Source: Eledone cirrhosa
Taxonomy: Eukaryota
Assembly: GCA_964016885.1 (NCBI GenBank)
Contig: OZ024740.1
Location: 335,420,001-335,484,000, forward strand
Direction: 5' to 3'
Length of the DNA: 64,000 bases
Part shown: positions 1 through 13,652 of the stretch, piece after piece
How positions within the stretch are numbered: position 1 is the first letter of the stretch
How the letters are laid out: each line of letters opens with the position of its first letter
Notes under the pieces: model-generated
Seen by the model: only the letters and a program-made list of their open reading frames with translations
What the model was told of the DNA's origin: nothing
The model's database searches: none
Made by a program: the position numbers and the translations under genes

Positions 1-171
1 GAAACTAGTACATCGTTCCTGTGTCAGTGTTGAACAAAAAGGTGACGTGGTTGCCTTAACACCGTATGGCATAAATTCAGGCTGTTCAGTTTGTTTACAA
101 ACGAACAAAGCGACGTTAGCGCCGCTAAACTGATACGTGCATATATGTATGTGTACCTGTATGCATATGTA

Positions 172-217
<46 letters not shown>

Positions 218-289
218 CATGCTACTGTACGTCTGTATACATATATGTATGTACGTATACATGCATACTTATATATATATATATATATA

Positions 290-426
290 TAAATGAGAAA
301 ACACAGGTAAGCATTAAGAGAAGGATTTTATCCAGGTATTTACGACCGTTTCATTGGTAAGTGCAACCTTATATTGCTATACTGCAAATAGCAGCCACTC
401 AATTATTATTGTTGTTCACAGTCCAA

Positions 427-430
<4 letters not shown>
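290..430 (-). repeat. Second copy of the Penelope pseudo-LTR
   Basis: Near-identical to 768-908 (aaatgagaaaacacaggtaagcattaagagaagg...gttcacagtccaaattt). Both copies abut (TA)n. Confidence 0.8.
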
Positions 431-471
<41 letters not shown>

Positions 472-608
472 GCGAGAGAGAAAGAGTCCCGGTTACAATC
501 AGGTCTAAACACAGTAAGTAAGGTACTCAGTACATAATGTTTATTATAGAAATGGCTTCTATTGAATGAAAGTTCTAGTGCTGTAGAACTCATTTCTATA
601 TTAAACAT

Positions 609-2230
<1,622 letters not shown>

Positions 2231-2382
2231 TTATACTTTATACTCCAAGATTGAACGGAATTTTTACAAACTTGTGGAGTTACCCCTAACCGTACGTTGA
2301 AACCATCCATGAAACTGGCTTTCTTAACCACGAACTGGATCACAAAAAGCAATTTTCTGCTTCCCTACCTATATATATATAT

Positions 2383-2427
<45 letters not shown>

Positions 2428-2504
2428 TATATATATATAAGTAACAACCACACATACACACACACACACAACCAAGGAAGCCAATGGAAAAGCTTCTGTG
2501 TAGT

Positions 2505-2670
2505 TGCACTACCTGTTAAAAATAGCAACCAAATTTACCTCAATTCATACTCCAGCATCATAAATTTATAATGGAGGACATATTAAATATAATAATCCTA
2601 AATACGCAAATTGAATTATAGATGGAATGAGAATGGTTGAAAAATACATCATGAAAATCTAGGTCTTTTA
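2505..2670 (+). repeat. Dispersed repeat fragment ('aaatagcagccaa...ggataatgtagtcctag' family); further diverged copies at ~7165-7250 (+), ~21700-21830 (+) and ~22680-22795 (-)
   Basis: Visual similarity among the four loci. Probably a decayed SINE/LINE tail; family not identified. Confidence 0.45.
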
Positions 2671-2849
2671 AAATTCATGCGCTGCTAAAGAAAAACAACT
2701 ACATGTACAAAGGTACACACAAATACATACACACAGAAAAAGGAATACGTACACACGAACATAAATACATACATATCCACATACATGCATACATACATAC
2801 ATACATACATACATACATACATACATACATACATGCATACATACATACA

Positions 2850-2882
<33 letters not shown>

Positions 2883-3171
2883 GCATACATACACAAATAT
2901 ATGCATATATGCTTACATACAGACATACGCGCATATATGCAAACATATTGCTAGTTCTGTAGGTTTCTCAGTAGGCTTTCGCCGGCATAGCTAAGTACAT
3001 GCTGGAGCACCATGTATATGAATATTTGTACGTATATGTATATATGTATATATATATATGTATATGCATATGGATCATTTATGTATACATGGATATATAC
3101 GTTTATACGTTCTTATATGCGTATGTACAGATATAGATATACGTATAAATATATCTCTTTACATTTACACA

Positions 3172-3209
<38 letters not shown>

Positions 3210-3314
3210 TGTCTATACATGTATATTAAATGTATGTATACATATATATGTGTGTGTATGTGGTTTTGTGTGTGAGAAAGTATAGCTACGTATAGCATGT
3301 ATATATGCATATTT

Positions 3315-3452
<138 letters not shown>

Positions 3453-3460
3453 AGATAGCC

Positions 3461-3517
<57 letters not shown>

Positions 3518-3518
3518 T

Positions 3519-4480
3519 ATTTCTTTTATTTGCCACTAGGGCATCAAAAGTGGGACAAGTACAAAGGGGGGAGTTTACACAAAAAGGCGTCCTCAATAAG
3601 GAGGAGGCAATAACAAAATATAAAAATAAAATAAGATATAACAAAAAATAAATTTTTAACAAAATCCTCAATAGAGAGGAGGCGCCTTGGGGGGTCGCAC
3701 ACACCCCCGAAAAAGGTGTGCAACCCTTCTCCTCAGGAGCACAGAGAAGGGGTGCTCCCTTGGTCTTTCATCTTCCTCACCTATAGTCTGATGTAGAGTG
3801 AAGGCCCATTCACACGGGCCATTCTCGCCACTTTCACCCATCTTTCATAGAAACGGCTGGGGTGCAGCACCTCTCTCTCCATCCTGATCCTTCTTCCGAA
3901 ATGATATCGGAAGAAACGGACCAGTTGTTGGCCAGAGAGAAAGGTGCCCGACCTCAGTCCTTTCAGACGCGTCCACCATACAACCTCTTTCGCCATGGCT
4001 ATTACGCACAGAAACACCGCCTCTGCTTCATCTTTGAAGGGGGGAGGCGGCTTGATCATTACAATAGACTCGGTGGTCAACCGGATCGGTCCCACCCTTG
4101 ACAGCAGTTGTTCGACATAGCCCCACAGATCGGCTACGCCCGAGCAGTGTACTAATGCGTGTGCAACGGTTTCCTCGTCGCACACGCATCTGGGACAGAT
4201 CTTTTTGGCGGGGTCCCTACCCGGGCGCCCGTGTCTGTAGAGCCTTTCTCGAACGGGTAAAGCCCCTCGGTAGCACTGCCAGGCCAGGGACTTCTGGAAG
4301 TTGTCCATAGGTCCCGGGCTGAATGTCCTACCGAACAGGCTGGCCAGTTCGTCCTCCTCCATGTCTAGGGCTTCTCCGAGGGCGTCGTCGCACCTGCTGC
4401 GCACCAGCCCTCTATAGAATGTTGCGGTGGAGTCTCCACTGATAACCGGATCCGCCTGCCAGAGGGCGGTGGGCGCCTGA
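3519..4480 (-). mobile_element. Tx1-clade (L1-like) non-LTR retrotransposon, 3' fragment, subfamily A, inserted in (GATA)n
   Basis: ORF 3781..4404 encodes the zf-RVT-like C-terminus (LAWQCYRGALPVRERL...CPRC..DEETVAHALVHC) and is homologous to 40958..42118. The 3' UTR has AATAAA followed by (TATC)n. GATA repeats flank both sides (3461-3517 and 4481-4489). Confidence 0.88.
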
Positions 4481-4661
4481 GATAGATAGGTAGGGAGTTG
4501 TGAGTTTAGACTAATGAGACCATTATTCAGTTTAGTACTTGATACATAAGAAAGTGGAGTGTAGGTGTTATAATGAGAGTCTGCCCGGCGACCCAGCTCT
4601 TGCCGTTCTAACGGCGAAACGGTCAGCAGTTGGGCAGAAACTCAAATAATATATATATATT

Positions 4662-4806
4662 ATTAAACTTTTATCTGTTATTTTATAAATATTTGGTTTA
4701 CGGTTTTTATATGTATTTATATATATATAATCCTTATCGAGGCCTCTTCGAATATATATATAAATACATACAAAAACCTTAGACCAAATAACAGATTAAA
4801 GTTTAA
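4662..4806. repeat. Fold-back (inverted repeat) element
   Basis: ttaaacttttatctgttattt...ttggtttacggtttttatatgtatttatatatat pairs with atatatataaatacatacaaaaaccttagaccaaataacagattaaagtttaa. Segment 4785-4845 recurs inverted at ~24441-24500. Confidence 0.7.
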
Positions 4807-4852
4807 GCAAAGAATCGCTGCTTTCATCCTTAACGGGATCTTAACGGGATAT

Positions 4853-4899
<47 letters not shown>

Positions 4900-5262
4900 C
4901 GATCCACATCAAGAAAACCTCCTTATATATATATGTGTGTGTATACAAACATACATATATTTCATACATACATTCATACATTCATACATACATACATAAT
5001 TAGGATTAATTTGAAGGTAAACCACCATGACATATAATCCAACTATGCCCCATCTTGATATACCTAGCAGTCACATCTTTTCGAAATCACATGCTACCGT
5101 TTATAAAATGAATGGGAAAGTGGTGATAAATTTCGGAACGTCTTTAATAATAGGTGTGCCTATTGCAAATAAACCCTGGGCTAAAACAAATTACATTCAT
5201 ATATCGATATGTGGATTCATGTTTACCTACATATAGGTGTATAAATATATATATATATACAC

Positions 5263-5379
<117 letters not shown>

Positions 5380-5537
5380 GCATATATCCGTGTGTGAAGA
5401 GAGACAGAGATAGAATGTGAGAGTGAGTTCAGAGCAAGACGCGCTAGAAGAAAGAAACGTATGTATGTATGTATGTATGAATGTATGTATTAGTGTATGT
5501 ATGTATATATTTAGGTATGCATTTATGTGTGAATGAA

Positions 5538-5575
<38 letters not shown>

Positions 5576-5581
5576 CATATT

Positions 5582-5612
<31 letters not shown>

Positions 5613-6329
5613 GTGTGTGTACATTTGCTTGTGCTTATGTATGTATAAAATTTAATTTAACTCAAACATTATCTTACATATTTTGAAAATATATTTTCTG
5701 ATTCATCTCATTTACTGAGAGTAAAAACATAACTTGTAGCTTTATCGAGTGACTATAATATATAGAAGCAAAATGAATAATAATTGTTTCTACTTTAGGC
5801 ACAAGGCCAGCAATTACTCAGTGCATTACTGGTACTTTAAATAAACACAAGAAGGATTATACATCAAAATATGGAAAGGCGGACCTGTATCTGTTGGTTT
5901 AATTACACTTAAGACTATATATTTTCTGCATGTCTAATTAAATTGTATATGTATGTAGAATGAATAGCACAAACAAGTAGACAAACTAAAGGGTAGCCCA
6001 CAGCTATTGAAGCTTGCAATTTTGTTTGCTTTTTGGGAATTTTTGTTTTATTTTGTTTTGTTTAGTTTTTGTGTAGTTTTTTTCTTAAATAAAACCTTGG
6101 GGTAAATGGAAATGTTGCAAGAATGAATGAAGTAAAAACCTTGCCGGGAACGTGGATGGAATTTGTTATCGTGTACGTTATACAAGGGAAGGGAAGTAAA
6201 TCTCTCTACAATAACAGTTCATGGCATTATTGTAATGTTTTTATTGGTAAAGACATGGGGTGGGTCGGAAAAAATTACTTATATATATATATGTGTGTGT
6301 GTGTGTGCGTGTGAGTGATTCTGCGTGTA

Positions 6330-6360
<31 letters not shown>

Positions 6361-7347
6361 TCTCTGGATATATATAGACACGTGCTCACTATTACTAAAC
6401 ACTAAGCCATGCCCATGCTGAGACAAATCCTTAAGTATAATGGGGCTGTTTTCTTGTGTTTTGTTGTTTGGCAAATAACAGTTTAATGTAACTACAATGA
6501 ATTAATATATATTATATTCATTCGAGATTCTCCAGAGCAGATTTCTTATGGTTAGGTTTTTAAATTAGCAATTTCCGTTTATATAACCATGGGTATTGAA
6601 CAGCTGTGCGTGCATCTTTGATCTTTAGCCTCTAAAAGTCTATAGTTATAAGGGAAGGAACATGGTACACTTCCCTGTCTACTATGCTACAAAATTCTCA
6701 TAGTTACATAAATTTAATAATAAAAATTTGGTGACATATTTTCCGTATTAACGTGCCATGCCACATTCCTGGTCACATATAGTAGAATTTTAATGCTTCC
6801 AGCTTTTATGAAAAGTTTTCTACTTGTTGTTAAAGGAATGTGGAATAACATTCAATTCATTAATTACTTGGACGTTATAATAGTATTACCTTTGGACACA
6901 GTATCTCATATATTTAAGAACAACCTTTTACCCTCATGCAATCCTCGCAATCATTTTTTCTTTGTTCCCATTTTACTAATGACTCGTTATTCCTTATGTT
7001 TCACAGATTTCTCTTACTATCACGCGTGAAACCATGTAAACAGAGCACAAAAGATGACATTGAAAAACCTAGAGTATTTCTTGCATGGGATGGCATGTCC
7101 TCACCATGTGCTAGAAATAGCAGCCAAGCCACACATCCAACTACACGCTGAGGGTAGGATATTTGGATAATGTAGCCCTAGTACACACAGCCTAGAAAGA
7201 AAAAGAAGGTATGGTAATGGTTTGAACAGCATTTATCATGCATTGACTCAATGTAAATATAAAAGTGCATGTGTGTGTACATGTATTAAAATATATATAT
7301 ATATTTATTTATTTATTCATATCTATATATATATATGTGTGTGTGTG

Positions 7348-7445
<98 letters not shown>

Positions 7446-7600
7446 TATATGTAGATAAATCTACCAAAATATACGGTAGTGTCCAATCCGTATGAAGAAC
7501 TCAATGTAATCCAAATATCATGAAAAGAGAAGAGGCATTCAAAAATGTTCGATTAAAATCATAGGAAAACAAAGTCAAAAAAAAATTAATAAAAACAATG

Positions 7601-7928
7601 AATAAAAACAAAGAACAAGTTCCTTATATAAAAAAATTTATCATTTTACGATCGTTTCTAGGATATATATCTCTGTTGGTATGTATATCATATAGATCTA
7701 TGTAAAAATATTACAGACTATCAGAGGAAATATACATACTTTCACATATACATGCTGTCTTTTATTGAAGAGAGCATATATATGTGAAGGTATGAATATT
7801 TTCTCTGATAGTTTGTAATATTTTCACATAGATCTATATGATATACATACCAACACACATATATATCCTAGAAACGATCGTAAAATGATGAATTTTTTAA
7901 TATAAGGAACTTGTTCTTTGTGTTTATT
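7601..7928. repeat. ~330-bp near-perfect palindrome (fold-back element) flanked by TA-rich sequence
   Basis: Arms caaagaacaagttccttata...ttttacgatcgtttctaggatatat...catgc and gcat...atatatcctagaaacgatcgtaaaa...tataaggaacttgttctttg; centre near 7764. Confidence 0.85.
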
Positions 7929-7945
7929 ATTAATTTATATATATA

Positions 7946-7976
<31 letters not shown>

Positions 7977-8080
7977 TTATATACACATATATATATGTAT
8001 ATGTTTATATCTATATTATAAACATATACAATATATATATATATATGCATGTGTATATATGTGTACGTGTGTTTATGTAA

Positions 8081-8138
<58 letters not shown>

Positions 8139-8163
8139 TTATGTATATATATATATATATATA

Positions 8164-8248
<85 letters not shown>

Positions 8249-8515
8249 ATGTGTGTCGGTGTATGTATATATATATATATATATAGGTCTCTTAAAAATT
8301 ATATATATATATATATATTTATAATTTTCAAGAGACCTGAAATCTATAATGATAAATATATTCTCTACAGATTGAAAAAAATATTTATTAACTACTCATT
8401 TAAGATTGATCAAATTCTTCACCTAAATAAATACATGTTTTTTTTATTTAAGATTTACAATTGAGTAAAGTTAAGGACGAATGCCGTGGATTTTAGTCAT
8501 TAATTCCTTTGAGAA

Positions 8516-8618
8516 TGAGGCTTCACTACTCCGCTACTCTGAGTTTTCCATTTCCGTTCTTGTTTGCTGTGAAGAACGGAAACGGAAAGCTGAAATTAGC
8601 AACGGAGTGAAGCCTCAC
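8516..8618. repeat. ~100-nt imperfect hairpin
   Basis: tgaggcttcact pairs with agtgaagcctca, and tttccatttccgttctt pairs with aagaacggaaacggaaa. Confidence 0.7.
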
Positions 8619-8834
8619 TTTCAAAGAATATCTATAAATACATTTACAAACGTAAATCGTCTGTATAGTGTGTATGTGAGAGAAAGTGTATGAATTAAGA
8701 TATAACAGTGTATGACATCTGAAGAAAAATGCGTTAACTGGGTGACAAGAGGTGACAGATAATTCAGTATAAGATGAACTCATCCTGGGCATACACTGTT
8801 AAAAACTTGCTAGGTTCTGCAAGAAGACGTGTAC

Positions 8835-8974
<140 letters not shown>

Positions 8975-9006
8975 GAAGAGAGAGGGAGGAACACACACAC
9001 ATACAA

Positions 9007-9085
<79 letters not shown>

Positions 9086-9499
9086 GACAGATAGATAGAT
9101 AATTGGGTAAGGGTTATACGAAAACAATTGCAAATATAGAAATGCATGCTTATATGTGTAGTGGGTGTCTCTACATATACATTTGCAAAACCATAGACAT
9201 TTTACTATAAAAACACGCGTGGTGGCAGATTTTCGGAATGTCATGTCCACCTTCCAGCAATTCTAGCAAAGCTGATCGGTATATAGTAAAGATGGACAAT
9301 CACAATCATACACACACGCACACACACATAAAACATATATATATATATATATATACTTACACACATACACATACATACATACATACATACATACATACAT
9401 ACATACATACATACATACATACATACATGCACACATACATGCATACATACAGATAGGTACTCGTACATATATACGTGCAATCATATTTTGATATAGATA

Positions 9500-9585
9500 A
9501 CTTTCTTTTTATTTGCCACCAGGGCATCAAAAAGTGGGACAAGTACAATGGGGGGAGTTTACATAATAATGCTTCCTCAATAAGG
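9500..9585 (-). mobile_element. ~85-bp extreme 3' end of Tx1 subfamily A, in a GATA context
   Basis: Matches 3521-3601 (ttcttttatttgccac.agggcatcaaaagtgggacaagtaca...cctcaataagg). Flanked by gatatagata on the left and gatagatagatag on the right. Confidence 0.8.
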
Positions 9586-9712
9586 ATAGATAGATAGACA
9601 GAAATAATTTATTTGTATGCAAAGTTACTTGGAACCTTACATGCACAACTATAAAGTGTGCAACTATTTGTATACATTGGTATATACATAAATACATATG
9701 TATAAATGTATA

Positions 9713-9751
<39 letters not shown>

Positions 9752-10408
9752 TCATGCAAACATACTTTTGTGCATACATAGAAGCATGCATACATATACA
9801 TACACATATATATACATAATTACATACATACAACTCAAAACATCCACATCCACACATACAATAACATCCATACCTGCACACATGCATGCATGCAGACATC
9901 CATATATATCTATCTAGTTGATGTTGTGTAAATTCCAATGAGAGAGTCTTGTATCTATGTTAGAAATCGACTCTCCCTCTCTCTCTATTGGCAAAAAGTT
10001 GTGAAACTATAAAACCAGAAGGACATATACATACATACATGCAAGCTTGAACTTTCTAAGTTCCAATAAATGACCTATACACCTGAGGTTGAACCGGCTC
10101 TAACTGTTTTGGCGAATAATTTGAAAAATTGAACTAGAAGATATATAAGATTAACACACTGACAAACGACAACAGATTGTCAGGCTGGCATTTGGAAAAG
10201 CATTATTCAAACCCCTCAATTAATACACCAATCTCTTCACATTCACGTGCTCTGATTATTTGGTTTTCACGCTACATTTAATATGTGCATGCCCATACCA
10301 ATTCAAACGGATGATTCCAACACATGGAAACTGCAATAATCACCAATAAAATAATTCAAATCTTATATATATATTTAAATATATACATATATATATATAT
10401 ATATTTAA

Positions 10409-10507
<99 letters not shown>

Positions 10508-10660
10508 TATATATATATATATCTGTGTGTGTGTATGTATATAAGTCCCTAGTTCAATCGAGTGTAACAACAGTAACACAATAAGTAAGGTACTCAATAC
10601 ATTAGTAGACTGTATACAATAAATTTAATATAGAAATGGCTTCTACAGGACTAGAACTGG

Positions 10661-10734
<74 letters not shown>

Positions 10735-11028
10735 GATATATAGAGAATGTTGGTGATTGAAAATGGGGAGACATTCGGTATGCAATACATAATATAGACA
10801 TTGTATATTCTATTACCAGCTGTAGCTAATGCATGCATACTTATGTCTGTCTGAATATATTGAGGTATGTAAGTAGTTTTGATTTGTCCATCCTCTTCGC
10901 TATCAACATTGTCAACGTCATCCAAAAGCCACTTGCAGTGTACCGTGCTGCACACAGATAGTGTCAATATGCCAGGTAACTGTGTATTTGTATATATTGT
11001 GAAGCGTGACAAACCTGCCACCGACACA

Positions 11029-11205
11029 TTATCGGTAGAGGGTCGGACGCCATGCTTTGACGCATAGAGTTACGGCCCTTGCCATTCTGAGTTCAAATCC
11101 CGCCGAGGTTAACTTTGCCTTTCATCCTTACGGGGGTCGATAAAATAAAGTACCAGTAATACACTGGGATAATTGCTGGCCTTGTGCCTAACGTAGAAAC
11201 AATTA
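11029..11205 (+). mobile_element. tRNA-derived SINE with Meta-domain-like core
   Basis: B-box-like gagttcaaatcc, then core gaggttaactttgcctttcatccttacgggggtcgataaaataaagtaccag and tail ggccttgtgcctaacgtagaaacaatt. About 10 copies in the window. Confidence 0.85.
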
Positions 11206-11440
11206 TTTTTGAGGCAGGAGATCCGCATGACTACAAGAAAATTGGAATTTAACACTGCCAGTCATTACTACAGTCCTCACATTTGAAATGATGCACCTGC
11301 TTGCTCTAATGATACATTTTCCACTTCAGTACCTATTTATAACTAAATAGACTGAGCAATTTAGTGTTTCCGGTGTGAACATGGTATTTTGCTCGTGTGA
11401 GGTAATCTAGCTATATAACCAACAATGACCCCTTCATAAA

Positions 11441-11511
<71 letters not shown>

Positions 11512-12050
11512 TATATATATATCAATGTATATATTAGATATGTAGTCAGAGATATGCAAATCAAATAGTGAAAATATGTATATCTATGTTTGTATTTGTA
11601 TATATGTATTTGAAATATACAATATACACTCACGTTAAATAGCAGATATATATTATTCTACATGTATTCATAAAAAGCAATTAAAGATATAATGGACAAC
11701 ACTACCTCTCATATTCAACTCTCCTTTTTCTCGCTCTCTTTCCTTTCTCAAACATACACAGATAGACAAAAACACACAACACGTATACACACATACATAC
11801 ATACATACATACATACATACATACATACATACATACATACATACATACATACATACATAGATACATACATGCATATACACATACATACATACATACAAAC
11901 ATATACAAACACGCAAATATTATTAATCACAAATATATAAGTTAAATATGTAAATATATTGGAATATATTGAACATACACCATTTGCCGGTACATATACA
12001 AAAAACACATACACTACGTGTATATATACATACATATATATATATATATA

Positions 12051-12114
<64 letters not shown>

Positions 12115-12151
12115 AATGTATGTATGTATGTATATATATGTATACATACAA

Positions 12152-12214
<63 letters not shown>

Positions 12215-12728
12215 TACATACATATGTATGTATGTATATATATACATACATACATATTTATATATATATATGTATATTGTTTGTGTCTTTCTATGTGTGT
12301 GCATGTGTCTGTCTGTATTTAAGTATGTATACATGTATATCTCTGTGCCTTACACACGCTTGTATCTCTTTTTCTCTATATATAAATGTATATATGCATA
12401 CGTACTTATGTCCATACATTCATATATAAATGTATATACACTAATATATAGTGACATCTGATGCGTGAGACACATGGAAAATGTGAGAGTGGGAAACTGA
12501 GATATAGAGAGAATGAATAATGGTAGAATGACACCACAATATTCTTCTACTACACATGCCATTATGGAAAGCGAAGCATACAACGTGTATGTTGCACGTA
12601 GTGGAGTAGTATGACGCTCGAAACACCCAGAGATAGATCCATAAACGGAAGTCTATATACATATATATACTGACATATAAACATGCATGTACATAAATAC
12701 AAACACACACACACAAACACACATACAC

Positions 12729-12806
<78 letters not shown>

Positions 12807-13009
12807 ACTCACACACACATACGTATGTATGGTGTGAATCTCTCTATGTCTACAAGAAAAGCTGTTCTCCAAATTATACATAATACATACAAATATATAT
12901 TGATAGGTTTATACACAGCCATATTATATAGTGCTGCGGGTAAGCCGTACAACAACAATTGAAATAACAATAACAATCAAAATGAAGATATATATGTTTC
13001 ACTACTTAC

Positions 13010-13121
13010 CTATCTTGATGTTCGACGAGGCCTCCGTTGTGGGCCATAATCCAGCGATGTTAACCACTGCCACGAGTAAAAAGATGTCCACATAAAGAGG
13101 ACAGATTGTCTGCCAAGCCAT
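13010..13121 (-). CDS. First coding exon (signal peptide) of a membrane receptor, probably an ionotropic glutamate receptor or other ANF-receptor-domain protein
   Basis: Start context aagATGG. The 112 nt read MAWQTICPLYVDIFLLVAVVNIAGLWPTTEASSNIKI plus G, followed immediately by the consensus donor GTAAGT (13009-13004). It has a hydrophobic core, a T-E-A cleavage-like motif and an 'IKIG' N-terminal strand. It is a unique-sequence island among repeats and is too short for the ORF track. Confidence 0.75.
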
Positions 13122-13269
13122 CTTTTACTAACAATAACAACAACAGCAGCAGCAACAACAACAACAAGAACTGCAGCAGTTTTTCGTGCCAGCGCCGCTG
13201 CAACACATGCGAGCACCGTTCTAAGCTGGCACTAATCTAGCCTGGCCTCTTCTCCTGCTGCTGTTGATG

Positions 13270-13530
13270 CTTTATTAGTGATGTTGTTGTTGTGGTTAAT
13301 GATGATGCTACTGCAGATGATGGGGATGTTGTTGTTGATGATGATGATGATGATGACGATGATGACGATGTTATTGATGATGATGCTGTTGATGATGTTG
13401 CTGGTGAGAGTTCTGGTTGTGGTCGGTGTTGTGATAGTTGCAGTGATGGTGATGATGGTGATGATGGTGATGATGATATGGTGAATGCTTGTGATGGTGA
13501 TGGTGGCGGTAATTGTGTTGATGGTGATGG
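13270..13530. repeat. Degenerate (GAT/GTT/GGT)n trinucleotide tract upstream of the exon
   Basis: Direct inspection. Confidence 0.85.
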
Positions 13531-13583
13531 AACAGCGTGCATGTACGCTTCAATTTGTATAGATGTTTAATATACATATACAT

Positions 13584-13652
<69 letters not shown>

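Noticed and set aside
11085-11105. tRNA gene suggested by gagttcaaatcccgcc
   Set aside because: It is the tRNA-derived head of the SINE. There is no complete cloverleaf and the sequence continues into the SINE core.
13237-13583. Poly-Ser, poly-His, poly-Asp and poly-Met ORFs next to the receptor exon
   Set aside because: They derive from a degenerate trinucleotide repeat and have no splice or domain support.
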